Origin: Oculina patagonica
Taxonomy: Eukaryota
Direction: 5' to 3'
Assembly (NCBI RefSeq): GCF_052425735.1
Contig: NC_135758.1
Location: 1,612,001 to 1,676,000, forward strand
DNA: 64,000 nucleotides
The notes under the pieces are model-generated. The model had not been told where the DNA came from and did not search any database. It was given only the letters and a program-made list of their open reading frames with translations. A program made the translations under genes and the position numbers. This document shows, one piece after another, positions 48,076 to 59,540 of this stretch (the first letter of the stretch is position 1; each line of letters opens with the position of its first letter).

Positions 48076-48838
48076 CGAGCACGCTGTCATTTATGATCGC
48101 TGTTATTAAAATGCTTGTTGGTTTTTTTTTTTTTTTTTTTCAGAAATAGAATGTAAACTTTTGAAATAAATCATTTAGAACAGAGATACTCATGATTGTC
48201 ATTTTGTTTTTCTGGTGTTAGTGAGGGTTACTGTGGATGACTTAAGTACCGCAATATGCATGCAACGATTTGAAATTTGTAAGTGGAAAGACCAAAGTCA
48301 GTTAAAATAGATTGCTATCACCTTTAGATTTTATTCATTCTGTGCATACCAAGTGTCCAATAAAGGTCAGTACACACAAGGGACAAGTCCCTGAAACAAG
48401 TTCATTGAAGAGTTTACATGAAGAGGTCAGTACAGCCCTGGGACTTGCTTCCTTGTATGTGCAGACCTTTATTTTGGGGAGCAAGTCCCAGGGAACTCAG
48501 ACAAGTTTGAATTTGTGGGATAAGTTAAGGAACCAGATTTCGGTCCCAGAGACTTAATTTATATAAAAAAAAATGATCAGTTAACATGAAGGGACCTAGA
48601 AACGTCCCCAATGCTTGTTGCAGGAACTAGTCATTGATGAGACAACATCAGAAGTTGTGTTGCAAAAATTGAAGACACTGACAATGGGCTCGATATCAAG
48701 CTTTCTTTTGATGTTCATGTAATTATTATTTTGCTGTTTGAAATTCAGAGAAAATGTCACAAGTCCGACTAGTGTTTGACACTTAAGACTATTAAACAAT
48801 AACAAAGTGTAGCATGTACTAGTGTAAATAGTGAGAAA

Positions 48839-51259
48839 TCATTCATGGGTATACTGCCTACAGTCAATTTCTGTAAATTTCAACACATATAAAAGCTCAG
48901 TAAGTTTCTGTAGCAGATCACCAACTGCCCATTCTTCATTCTTCATAAATTGCCAGTAACTTTGCACAGCGGTTCTGATTTCCACACATGACGATGCAAG
49001 ATTGAGGTCTTCCATGCGTGGAATTGTGCAAGGTTTCTCACCATCCATTCCAACCCCAGCTTTGATGCTGCCATTTTCTGGGTTGTATTTCATTTTAAAG
49101 TCCATCTTCATACTGTTAATATGTGTGTAATGTGCTAGAACTTTGTATTCATTTAGGAAGCTGTAACACATTATTTCAAATATCTCGATCAATCTGTTTC
49201 CAAGCTGTGTTTCACACCAGTCATTAGTTTCAGTGTAGAAGTCCATCATAAATAACACCACAGTTTTCATGTAGAAAGATGGAATTAAGGTGTCCTCGCA
49301 TAAACTACAATTGTTTTTGTTCATTTTTGGCAGGAAACTTCTTGCCACATGTTTTGCCAGTTTGTAACAGTCTGCAGCCAATTTATTGTCATGAAATTTG
49401 TATGGTTCTGTCTGAAAAAAGAAGCGTTCTGCAACAAGAGGGTTTCGACTGATAACTGCCACAACCCCTGTGTTCATTCGAAGGCACTCACTGTGAACAA
49501 AGGACAGGTGCAAAGCATGAGTATGGTCAGCAACGTAGATTGTCTGGAGTCGCTCAGCGTTGAGAGGAATTCCATAACATACATCAATAGACAGGATAAA
49601 GCCTGCATCTGGTCCAGAGTCGCATTGTAGATGAAGAGTCAAAGTTTGATTCTTAAGGTATACTCTCATCATGTGTATGTCACTTTCCTCTTGCATTGTC
49701 CATCCAAGAGGCAAGTGCTTCCTTACAGTTTCACGAAAGACCTGGAGCATATAGGCATTTATAAGATAGTGCCTGTAGGATGAATCAACAAAGGAAAACT
49801 GACACAGGAAAGAAAGGACTTCATCGCGGATGTCATCATGAAGGCGAGTTTGTATTCCAAGTTTGACGTACAAAAGTTCTGCCACATCTGAATCAGCTAA
49901 CATAGGGAGAGCGATATTAAAATCAAACTCGTCAGGCTGACCAATCTTGGTACCCTCTGCCATACTGCCAGTTTCTATGATGTAGCACTTGGAAAATATT
50001 TGGTGCTTTGTCTACAGTTCTTGGACAGTGTTGTTCATTAAGCTCTTTACCAGCTGTTTGATGCGTTCAGTTTTGATCAGTGGATCAATGCTGATACTTG
50101 GTAGCCACTTTGTGATTGTATTGTATAAGACTGACTGTTCTGAAACTGGTGATTGAAGTTCAGTTTTGAAATGGTGCACCTTAAAGGTGCTAACCTGTTT
50201 TGGGGTATCCACACTTGTTACTCTCATATCTTGCCCTGACTCTTCAATTCCTGTACTCTTTTCATTAGACTTTGTTTCCATGGTTTCCAGTGATCTCCTT
50301 CCACCAATGTCTGTAGCATCCTCTTGATAATCAAATGCATCACAGAGGCTGGGGATAGCATGATCACTCTCACAACTTGGACCTGTCTCATCTGCTCTTG
50401 TTCTAAGCACCTCCTCACATTCTTCTGACTTCAGAATGCATTTCAGGTTTACGTCATTAGTTTCCGTTTTTATATTTTCTTTACTGTACACTTTATTTTG
50501 ACTGATGGGCTTCAGTTTCTCTGAACTCTCGGTCAAACTCACATCATAACCAACAGAGGTGCTTTTATCATCAGTGTAGGGTAACTGAAGGTTCTCTTCA
50601 ACCGCTTCTTCAAGTCTGCTGTTTTCGTTTTCGTTCATTGTCCGGGGGGCCATCTCCTGCATCGTCTCACCACCTTCAAGCGTTCTTTGGGTCTGTTTGT
50701 CTTCTGAAATCATTGAATCGGTTTCATTTTTCCCAGTGTCCCTTATTAAGTATTTCTCAACACCTATTGACAGAAGGTCTTGCAGGTCTGAAAGCATGTT
50801 GATACTCCTTTGCAAGAGATCAGTCATGTCATCCATTGATAACGGCTCATCGGTGGATTTGTATTCGATCGCTTCCGGGTTTGGCATCGATTCATTTCCG
50901 AGGTTAGCTTCACAAACTAATTTGCTTTCACACGAGTCAATCGTTGTATCTATAGAGCTACTATGATCTCGGTTTGACATCTGATCTGGCTGATTGCTCT
51001 CACGGGTGCAACTCAAAGGTACACGATGTCTTGTTTTTCTATTGAACTCCGAAGGACTGTTTACATAGTTGACGCACCACATAACATACGGCCACACTGG
51101 TTTTGCAACTAGTGGTCTCGTAGCATCTTCCTGTTCAACTTTTACGTCTTTTGCCAATATCGCTTTTAATCGTTTTTCAGCCGTCTCTGCTTCCTCTCTA
51201 AGTAGCAGTACCATCTCAACATCGAATGGATTTTCAAATGGATCGGTGGCTTCCGCCAT
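48839..51259 (-). pseudogene. cGAS-like receptor (cGLR; Mab-21/cGAS nucleotidyltransferase), intronless 806-codon frame interrupted by one in-frame TAG at 50014-50012 (nonsense allele, pseudogene, assembly error or readthrough)
   Basis: ORFs 51259-50012 and 49963-48839 are in the same frame. The linker reads ...LMNNTVQEL*TKHQIFSKCYIIETGSMAEGTKIGQPDEFDF, the hGS..EG.K...PDEFD NTase motif. Third Asp in LSIDV; Mab-21 C-terminal CYKLAK and IPSFYMKTVVLF. The N-terminal ~390 aa are largely acidic/low-complexity. Confidence 0.85.
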
Positions 51260-51420
51260 CTTTTCCTTTCTGTTTCGGTGGACGAGCTCGTGGAAGAGGG
51301 AGGACTGGATTTAAGTAAAGCAGTAAAGCTAAGGTCCTGGGGTGCGATGCATCATAGGTAGCAACCGGGAAAACCCCGGATATCATCAAGATTTTATTTG
51401 TTTTTATTAGGCACTTTTAA

Positions 51421-52161
51421 GGTCGCGCAGGACCCTTGCTCATTAATAAATTCATTAGCCAAATTTTTGAACATCGATCAAAAAATCATGATGGAATTAC
51501 ATCATGATTGTCCTTTTACTGAGAGATGACCGTTTGCTGTAATGTTACAGGTTCTTAAAAGTTTAACTGCAGATAATGCGGTTTTGTGTCCAAGTTTTCG
51601 GCTACTACAGCGCACCGAGTTAAATGATTATATAACCTAGTGATGAATCATAACCTCTTTTCTGTTATGACAAGAACGAAATTTTCGATTTCAAAAACTG
51701 CTAGAAGTTATCTGCTTCTAAGAGAGTAAAAATGTGAAATCTAAACTTTGAAACGTGCTATCTTCATTTTGAGAACGAAATTTCAAAATTCGCTCTTGTC
51801 ATAACACAATAGGGTGCGCCAAGTTCATGTTCCTCGCGAATCAACTCCGGAAATTCTATATCGGCGAAGATAACTTGGACACAAAATTGCAGGATTTTCC
51901 GCTTCCGAAGACCTTCCGAGTCAATCTTTACAACCGACGTGTGCTATATTCGCAGCAGTGAATCTAATTATGATAATTCGCTTTGTTTCAGCGCACGGTA
52001 CGCAAAGCTGAGAACAATACCGTGTAATTACTTGTACAAAGAACTTGTACAAAGAAAAACATTGTCATGAATATTTCGTTTGTTGTCGGCTTCAGTCGTC
52101 GCAGTTCGTGCCTACTCTTTAAATAATACATACATAATGATCTCAAGGGTCCTGTGCGACC
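51421..52161. mobile_element. TTAA-TSD MITE (Kolobok-like), 741 bp, just upstream of the cGLR gene
   Basis: TTAA|GGTCGCGCAGGACCCTTG ... CAAGGGTCCTGTGCGACC|TTAA. Confidence 0.87.
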
Positions 52162-52309
52162 TTAACAACGCATTTTGATCAAAACTGCCGCAGCTCGTTT
52201 CGAAACGTATCTTTTATCCCTCCGTTGATAAGCCCACCCAAAATTCCTTACGAAGTTGTATAAGCCCAGGGCTTCTAACCAGAATTGTACGGTATTCATG
52301 ATTGTCATC

Positions 52310-52996
52310 TTGTTGCGGGCCCAAGAGAGGCCCGCAACGTCGCCCGCAACCCTAATCTTGACATTGTCCAGCGGATTGCGTATTACGCGTGCGCGCCACG
52401 TTTATAAAGGCTATCTGCAAACCGGAAGTTGAAAATTTTGTTCTTCCACTAAGAACGATCGGAATGCAAAAAATGTGTCAATCACGACAGTTTGTCGTAA
52501 CACCGGAAGAGAAAAATCTTGTCTCCAAGAGCGATAAGAATGCGAAAAATCAACAGTTTGTCACATTAGATCGAGGCTTCTGTCTTGCAGACATTACCGG
52601 TACGTTTTGCAGACGTTGTTTTATAGGTGTTGCTTTTGAGAAGATCTGCTGTGATCACAGATAAACTACGGCAAAGCGAATGATTCCAACAACGGTTATT
52701 CTCGAGAAATTCCTTATAACACTGACAACAAAGCGAGTTTGCCGACGGAGGAAAATCACATCTCAATTCACACCGCGTGCTCGACTACACTTCGCAAAAT
52801 TGTCAATCAAAAAAACAACTCTGATTGGTTTGCGGCAATAGGAAATGATAAAAAACATTCGTGACTTAAGCGTGACGCGTTACTCGACCTTACTCGGAAT
52901 AATTTTCTTTTGTCCAGTGATTTAAAAACACTTCCCTCCAATTACCTTCTCAACTGCATCGAGGCCCGCACTTTCTAACCTGTGGTTACCACTAGT
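52310..52996 (+). mobile_element. Helitron2/Helentron-like non-autonomous element
   Basis: 5' hairpin GTTGCGGGCC..GGCCCGCAAC; matching subterminal GGCCCGCA at 52963; 3' hairpin TAACC-TGT-GGTTA; CTAG end followed by T-run. Confidence 0.55.
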
Positions 52997-54639
52997 TTTA
53001 CTGGTATTAAATAGATAGCTATGTGGATTACTGTGGGAGACTTACATACCAATGTACCGTATAAACTTGGCCAGGTGGACCCAGCGTTTATCTGACTTCT
53101 GCAGTTTATTTGTGGCCGTTGTTGAAGGGTTTTTATTCGTCTTTTTTTTTACAAACATGTATCTGACTAATATACATACAGCTTATTATACCTTAAAAAA
53201 ATACTTTAGGAGCCTATTTTCAACTCCGCCTAGGAGACCCGGCGTTTAATCAAGATAATACGATATGGGGAAACAAGTGCCAGTTAATGGCGACATCACT
53301 ATGAAATTATTTGAAATTACGCGGAGTGTATTCAAGAGAAAATGCAATAAGACACACAAAATGTTGTTATCGCACAAAACCACAAAATGTGACCTTTCAA
53401 AGAACGATTTTTTAAAAAAAAAAAAAAAAAAAAAAAAGGAACAGTTCGTTACTTTAAGCACCCAAAACAACAATGTGATGCCTGAATTGTACATTATTTT
53501 TTCCTTTTTTACAAAAAAATACATTTGAAAATTAACATAATCCATGGAAAGAGAATATGAGATAACATAATGCGAATGACCATAAAAAGTCTGTTTATTC
53601 AAAGAAAGATAAAAAATACAAAGGACGATTTGTGGAAAATCCAAAACAACATGAAACGAAGAATATAAGTGTCCAAATAAATCAGTTTCCAAATGAAATA
53701 CTTTGTGTCCAAAAAAACATGTCCATAGACATTTCGTTGAAAACCTCAAGTATCACCAGCGCCTGTTACCTGCAAAGAAAAAAACAAAACGATAAAAATA
53801 TCGAGCTACTCTCCTCCGCAGAGGCTCCTTCAGTGGAGGGAAGAAGGCGAAAAACACGGAAGATAAAAAATAGGGGGAACGTGCAGAAATCGGGAAGGGC
53901 CTACCTTCTCTCTTCCTTCCCAGTGTCGCTCGCGCGCTTCGGTGAAGCGGTAACATTAGAGAGTTTGACAGACAATTTATGAGGAAGTGATTCATTCATC
54001 ATAATTTTTTTGCTTAGCATGCTTTCGCCGGCGCACACGAAAATTACGATTCGCGAAAAAAACTGAGTTGATGACGGTTTGGGAGGCTGGAATTTTGAGT
54101 CACGCATCATGTAAGAGCCAATTTATTCATTCCACTGATTACTTACATTGCAACAGTCGTTTTAATTATCAAGTTATTCTTTAAGATCTTTCTCCTTTCC
54201 ATAATTGAATTCTCGCTGTGCGATTTCGTTGCATTCTTTACGAATTTCTGCAAAAGGTTTACGCTAAGACCCTAAGCAATCTGTGTTTGTCCACAATAGT
54301 GCAATTAATTTTATAAAAGGTACTGAAACCACAAGTACCGCTAGTTGGAAAGGGAAACAAAAATGAATGTTCTACCTGGCACTAGTAAAGGGGGACAGGG
54401 GGCGGGTGCCAGGGGAAAAGGGGAAGGAAGTGGGAGACGGGGTGGGAGAAAGGGCGGGAAGCGGGTCTCATAAGGCGGCGGGAGCCTGGAGAAAATAAAC
54501 ATTTCGCAGCATTTCGTTATATTTCCCAACAGATCTGGGACAGAAAGAGGCGGGATGCGAAAGTTAAAGGCACAACGGAGGCAGGAGGTTCAGACCCCCT
54601 GTTCCCCTTCAAACAAATTACTTACCATGTGGTTGATAA

Positions 54640-55218
54640 GGCCCAGGTGGCCTCGTCCTTATGTCCATTAAATTAGGCCCAGGTGGTCTTGTCCTTATGT
54701 CCATTGAACTAGGCCCAGGTGGTCTTGTCCTCATGTCCATTGAACTAGGCCCAGGTGGCCTCGTCCTTATGTCCATTAAATTAGGCCCAGGTGGTCTTGT
54801 CCTTATGTCCATTGAACTAGGCCCAGGTGGTCTTGTCCTCATGTCCATTGAACTAGGCCCAGGTGGCCTCGTCCTTATGTCCATTAAATTAGGCCCCGGT
54901 GGCCTCGTCCTTATGTCCATTAAATTAGGCCCAGGTGGCCTCGTCCTTCTGTCCATAAAACTAGGCCCGGGTGGCCTCGTCCTCATGCTCATTAAATTAG
55001 GCCCAGGTGGCCTCGTCCTTATGTCCATAAAACTAGGCCCGGGTGGCCTCGTCCTCATGCTCATTAAATTAGGCCCAGGTGGCCTCGTCCTTCTGTCCAT
55101 TAAATTAGGCCCGGGTGGCCTCGTCCTCATGCTCATTAAATTAGGCCCAGGTGGCCTCGTCCTTATGTCCATTAAATTAGGCCCAGGTGGCCTCGTCCTT
55201 ATGCTCATTAAATTAGGC
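54640..55218 (-). repeat. 36-bp coding minisatellite, 16 units (PNLMDIRTRPPG)
   Basis: Unit GGCCCAGGTGGCCTCGTCCTTATGTCCATTAAATTA and variants, repeated head to tail. Confidence 0.95.
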
Positions 55219-55509
55219 ATATTAGTTCTGCCGTTTCTATTTCTTATGGTACCACGTGCACTGCTGGATGATACAGGTGCTGTTTGAATGGTCATTAGCG
55301 GTTGAATACCATTGTTAACAGGCCGTCTGCTCTCCCTACTATTGTGTCTTCTGCGATAAACATCGCAAGAAGAATGAATTGGAAACGACGGCCTGCTTTG
55401 CCACTCAGTGCGTGGTGGAAACCTAGTCTTGCCACCAGATGCCATCCAGGGTCTCTCCGCGCCGCCAGCCGATCTGGAGAACCCGGTCGCAGGGAAGTAT
55501 CTAGAGCAA

Positions 55510-57940
55510 TTCGGCGAGGCCTTTTGATACTGGGTATGAGATGGCCTCTGCTGGGAATTGTTTTGACTGGCCATGGACTCCGAGGTGCCGTCGGCAGACA
55601 CAACAAATGGCTTCTCACAACGTGTGTCTTCGGTGTTAATTGGAAAATTAGGCGAGGCCTTTTGATACTGGGTAAAAACTGGCGACTGCTGGAAAGTGTT
55701 CTCACTGGCCACGGTTTCCGTGGTGCCGTCGGCTAGGCTTTTATAGATTGTGCTCCTAAAAGTGGCATATTATGCTACTAGCAGTGCTCAAAATTTTGCC
55801 AAATTATGCAAAAATTATGCCAGAATTCCCAAATTATGCTTCTGATTTCCGAAATTATGCTCACAAAATGACGTAGATTCTATACATAGAGGTGCGCAAT
55901 AATGACACCAAATTATGATGTTTTTTAAATAAACTGTTGTTGTAAATTTATTTGTGTTTATGGCAGTTTATCACGGCCGTCAGCTGTCCAAATTAGCTGC
56001 TCGCATCTCTAAACCGTTTGTAAAATGCCTCCAACGACTTAGCAATCACAATTGTATAGCTAAAACACGCATTGCAAGAACAAACTACCTAAATTTCATT
56101 TATTTCTGTAGAAAGTACACCATATTTACTACATTTTATGAATTTATGCTCCAAAAAGTGCTAAAAATTGCTAATTATGCCGTGGCAGTGCTCGTTTCAC
56201 AAATTATGCTTTTTAGCTCCAATTATGCCAAAAATTATGCTAGCACAATCTATAAAAGCCCACCGTCGGCAGACGGGACAAATGGCTTCTCACAACATGT
56301 GTCCACGGCGCTCTCGCCAGTCTCAGGGAAGTTAATTGGAATATTGGGCGAGGCCTCTTGATACTGGGTAAAAGCTGGCGACTGCTGGAAAGTGTTCTCA
56401 CTGGCCACAGATTCCGGGGTGCCGTTGGCAGACGGGACAAATGGCTTCTCACAACATGTGTCCACGGCGCTCTCGCCAGTCTCAGGGAAGTTAATTGGAA
56501 AATTGGGCGAGGTCTCTTGATACTGGGTAAAAACTGGAGACTGCTGGGATGTGTTCTCACTGGCCACAGATTCCGGGGTGCCGTTGGCAGACGGGACAAA
56601 TGGCTTCTCACAACATGTGTCCACGGCGCTCTCGCCAGTCTCAGGGAAGTTAATTGGAAAATTGGGCGAGGTCTCTTGATACTGGGTAAAAACTGGAGAC
56701 TGCTGGGATGTGTTCTCACTGGCCACAGATTCCGGGGTGCCGTTGGCAGACGGGACAAATGGCTTCTCACAACATGTGTCCACGGCGCTCTCGCCAGTCT
56801 CAGGGAAGTTAATTGGAAAATTGGGCGAGGTCTCTTGATACTGGGTAAAAACTGGAGACTGCTGGGATGTGTTCTCACTGGCCACTGACTCCGCGGTGCC
56901 CTCGGCAGACGCGCCAGGTGGCTTCTCACAAAGAGTGTCCATGGCGCTCTTGCCAATCTCAGGGAAGTTTACTGGAGTATGGGGCGAGGCCTCTTGATAC
57001 TGGGTAGAAACTGGAGACTGCTGGAAAGTGTTTTCACTGGTCACGGTTTCCGCGGTGTCCTCGGCAGACGGGACAAATGGCTTCTCACAAAGAGTGTCCA
57101 TGGCGCTCTTGCCAATCTCAGGGAAGTTAATTGGAATATTGGGCGAGGCCTCTTGATACTGGGTAAAAACTGGAGACTGCTGGGATGTGTTCTCACTGGC
57201 CACAGATTCCGGGGTGCCGTTGGCAGACGGGACAAATGGCTTCTCACAAAGAGTGTCCATGGCGCTCTTGCCAATCTCAGGGAAGTTTATTGGAATATTG
57301 GGCGAGGCCTCTTGATACTGGGTAAAAACTGGAGACTGCTGGAAAGTGTTCTGACTGGCCACGGTTTCCGTTGTACTGCCGGCAGACGCGACAAATGGCT
57401 TCTCACAACGTGTGTCCACGGCGCTTTTGCCAGTCTCAGGGAAGTTTATAGGAATATTGGGCGAGGTCTCTTGATACTGAGTAAAAGATGGCGACTGCTG
57501 GAATGTGTTCTGACTCCGGTTACGGTCTCCGCAGCGCCTTCGGCAGACGCAGCAAATGACTTCTTATAACGTGTGTCCGCGGCGCTCTCGCCAGTCTCAG
57601 GGAAGTTAATTGGAATATTGGGCGAGGCCTTTTGATACTGGGTAAAAGATGGCGACTGCTGGAAAGTGTTCTCACTGGCCACGGTTTCCGCGGTGCCGTC
57701 GGCAGACGCGACAAATGGCTTCTCACAACGTGTGTCCGTGGCGCCCTCGCCAGTCTCGGGGAAGTTTACTGAAGTATGGGGCGAGGCCATTTGATACTGG
57801 GTAAAAGCTGGTGACTGCTGGAAAGTGTTTTGAATGGGCACAGAGTCGACAGAGTCTGCGGTGCATTCGGCAGACTCGGCGAATTGCTTCTCGCAACGTA
57901 TGTTGGCGGCGCTGTCGCCAGTCTCGGGGAATTGTTTTCG
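55510..57940 (-). repeat. 159-bp coding tandem repeat, about 12 units (53 aa), interrupted by a MITE
   Basis: GACGGGACAAATGGCTTCTC recurs at 56431 and 56590 (period 159). Protein unit EKPFVPSANGTPESVASENTSQQSPVFTQYQETSPNFPINFPETGESAVDTCC. Confidence 0.93.
55734..56262. mobile_element. hAT-like MITE, 529 bp, 8-bp TSD
   Basis: TIRs TAGGCTTTTATAGATTGTGCT / AGCACAATCTATAAAAGCCCA; TSD CCGTCGGC at 55726-55733 and 56263-56270; subterminal AATTATGC repeats. Confidence 0.92.
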
Positions 57941-59331
57941 GCAAAGAGGTACGGCCTTCTGAAACGTGGTACCGGTAGTTTCTGAATCATCTCTATTGAA
58001 ATAACGTATAGCGACTCGAACCGCTAAAAACGTACACCAAACAGTAACGAAAACCATTTTCACCACAACTTGCGAAGCTTGAATTTTCGTTTCTTTCGTC
58101 ACAGAACGTAATTATCATATTCGATACGGCGAGATTTCAGTTAGAAATTCGCGCGCGCAAATGTAAGGTCTAATTTTTCACCAAGCGAGATACAACGCGC
58201 TCTCTGAAAAGCTTAACAACGTGGGCTTCGCCTTGTACTCTCAATTCCAAAACATAGTCCCAGGTGACAGGTTTCTTTCCGCCTTTTTTAAAAATTTTGA
58301 ATTCAAATAAAATTTAAAAGGTCCAGAAATTACCGGAAAATACCCCAATATCAACTGTAATACTCCGGCCGTAAAGATGCAAAATTTACCAGGGTGCCAC
58401 TCATTAGAACTCCAAAAATTCCCTGACTTTTCCTTGGCCTCAAAACAATTTTCACTGACTTTGTATTAAGCGAATTATCATAAGTTAAATCCACTTTTAC
58501 GGCTTCAGCTTCTTTTGCACACAATCGATACTCTTTTCTTTATTTTCGATCTCTTTACATTTTTCAAGGGATTTTGAACGAATGAAAACAAATTTCCCTG
58601 AAATAAGATTTTTCCTGACTTCACCCTGACCTTAAAAATTGTTTGTTTTTCCCTGACGGTGGCAACCCTGGATTATACGTACTTTTCCTATACCAAAGAA
58701 ATCATGATACCCAGTTAATAATACTTCAAGTCTATTAACATTAGCTAACAGCTTCGTCACATTCGTGTTTTCGCGTAGCATGCTAGGAAAAGAGAATGCT
58801 CTTATTCTTTTGTTGTCCGCAATTTTTAAAGCATGACCTTCCAGGATCTTCCGTTTCGTTACCCTGTAACCGACCTAACCGATCCCGCGTTCCACCGACG
58901 ATAGAGCGGCGCCTGGGACGACGCGGGAATTTGTCCCATGGCCCTGTCACTTGAAATCCCGAGTACCCCGCCTGAGAGATCGAAGGATTTTTTGGGGTCT
59001 GAAATTTTCGATTCCGGGAATTTTTTGGGAAGGAAAATTTGGCAATTTTTTTTTAATTATGCAGGGATGTTTTTGGGTACCTTGAAAACAATGTGAACAT
59101 TCGTGGTAGTGCCTTGGCTGCTTAGTTTTGCGAATAAACTAAAAAGAAAAACGTGTTTTGATGTTGATTTTTTTGAGGTCAATTTTTGATCTAGGGATTT
59201 TTTGGGTTATGTTGGACGCCCTATGGATTTTTTTGGGTCTTCATTTTTGCCTGCATTCGATCATCCCCGTCACTTGAAAAGCTGACTACCCCTCTGGGGA
59301 ATTTGACCATGTTGAACTGCTGAGTGTGACT

Positions 59332-59482
59332 CATCCTCGGAGACCCAGGGGCAGTTAGTGGGGGCGGGGGAAAGTCTATACGGGCGAAAAAAAAAAAAAA
59401 ATCGGCGAAGAAAAGTCAAGAACGAATCGCCCGTATAGACTTTCCCCCGCCCCCACTAACTGCCCCTGGGTCTCCGAGGATG
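59332..59482. mobile_element. Palindromic 151-bp MITE with 9-bp TSD (Mutator-like)
   Basis: Long TIRs CATCCTCGGAGACCCAGGGGCAGTTAGTGGGG...; TSD AGTGTGACT at 59323-59331 and 59483-59491. Confidence 0.87.
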
Positions 59483-59540
59483 AGTGTGACTATGAAGTAT
59501 GTGGCAATCATTTCGTCACGCAACGCTGCCCTTGTACTTA

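Larger units (their letters stand above)
53753..58057 (-). pseudogene. Orphan tandem-repeat protein gene (hydrophobic N-terminus, ~12 x 53-aa repeats, 16 x 12-aa RTRPPGP repeats), disrupted by a 2-bp insertion and a MITE
   Basis: ORFs 58102-57446, 57419-56250 and 55712-54618 become one frame after removing a 2-nt insertion at 57516-57517 and the MITE 55734-56262 plus one target duplication. Donor CATG|GTAAGT at 54626 and acceptor TTTCTTTGCAG| at 53769 give a last exon GNRRW* (stop 53753); AATAAA on - near 53594-53599. Confidence 0.65.

Noticed and set aside
50012-50060. TAG as a splice acceptor removing the cGLR stop
   Set aside because: No polypyrimidine tract upstream, and the preceding codons encode a helix the fold appears to need. 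Not excluded without RNA-seq.
50012-51259. Separate 415-aa gene plus separate 374-aa gene (operon-like pair)
   Set aside because: Same frame, and the NTase spine helix and GS motif straddle the stop, so it is one gene.
54661-57569. Plus-strand ORFs (MSIKLGPGGLVL repeats, MILGKSWRLL repeats) as overlapping genes
   Set aside because: Antisense shadows of stop-free repeats whose unit lengths are multiples of 3. Splice and poly(A) signals support the minus strand only.
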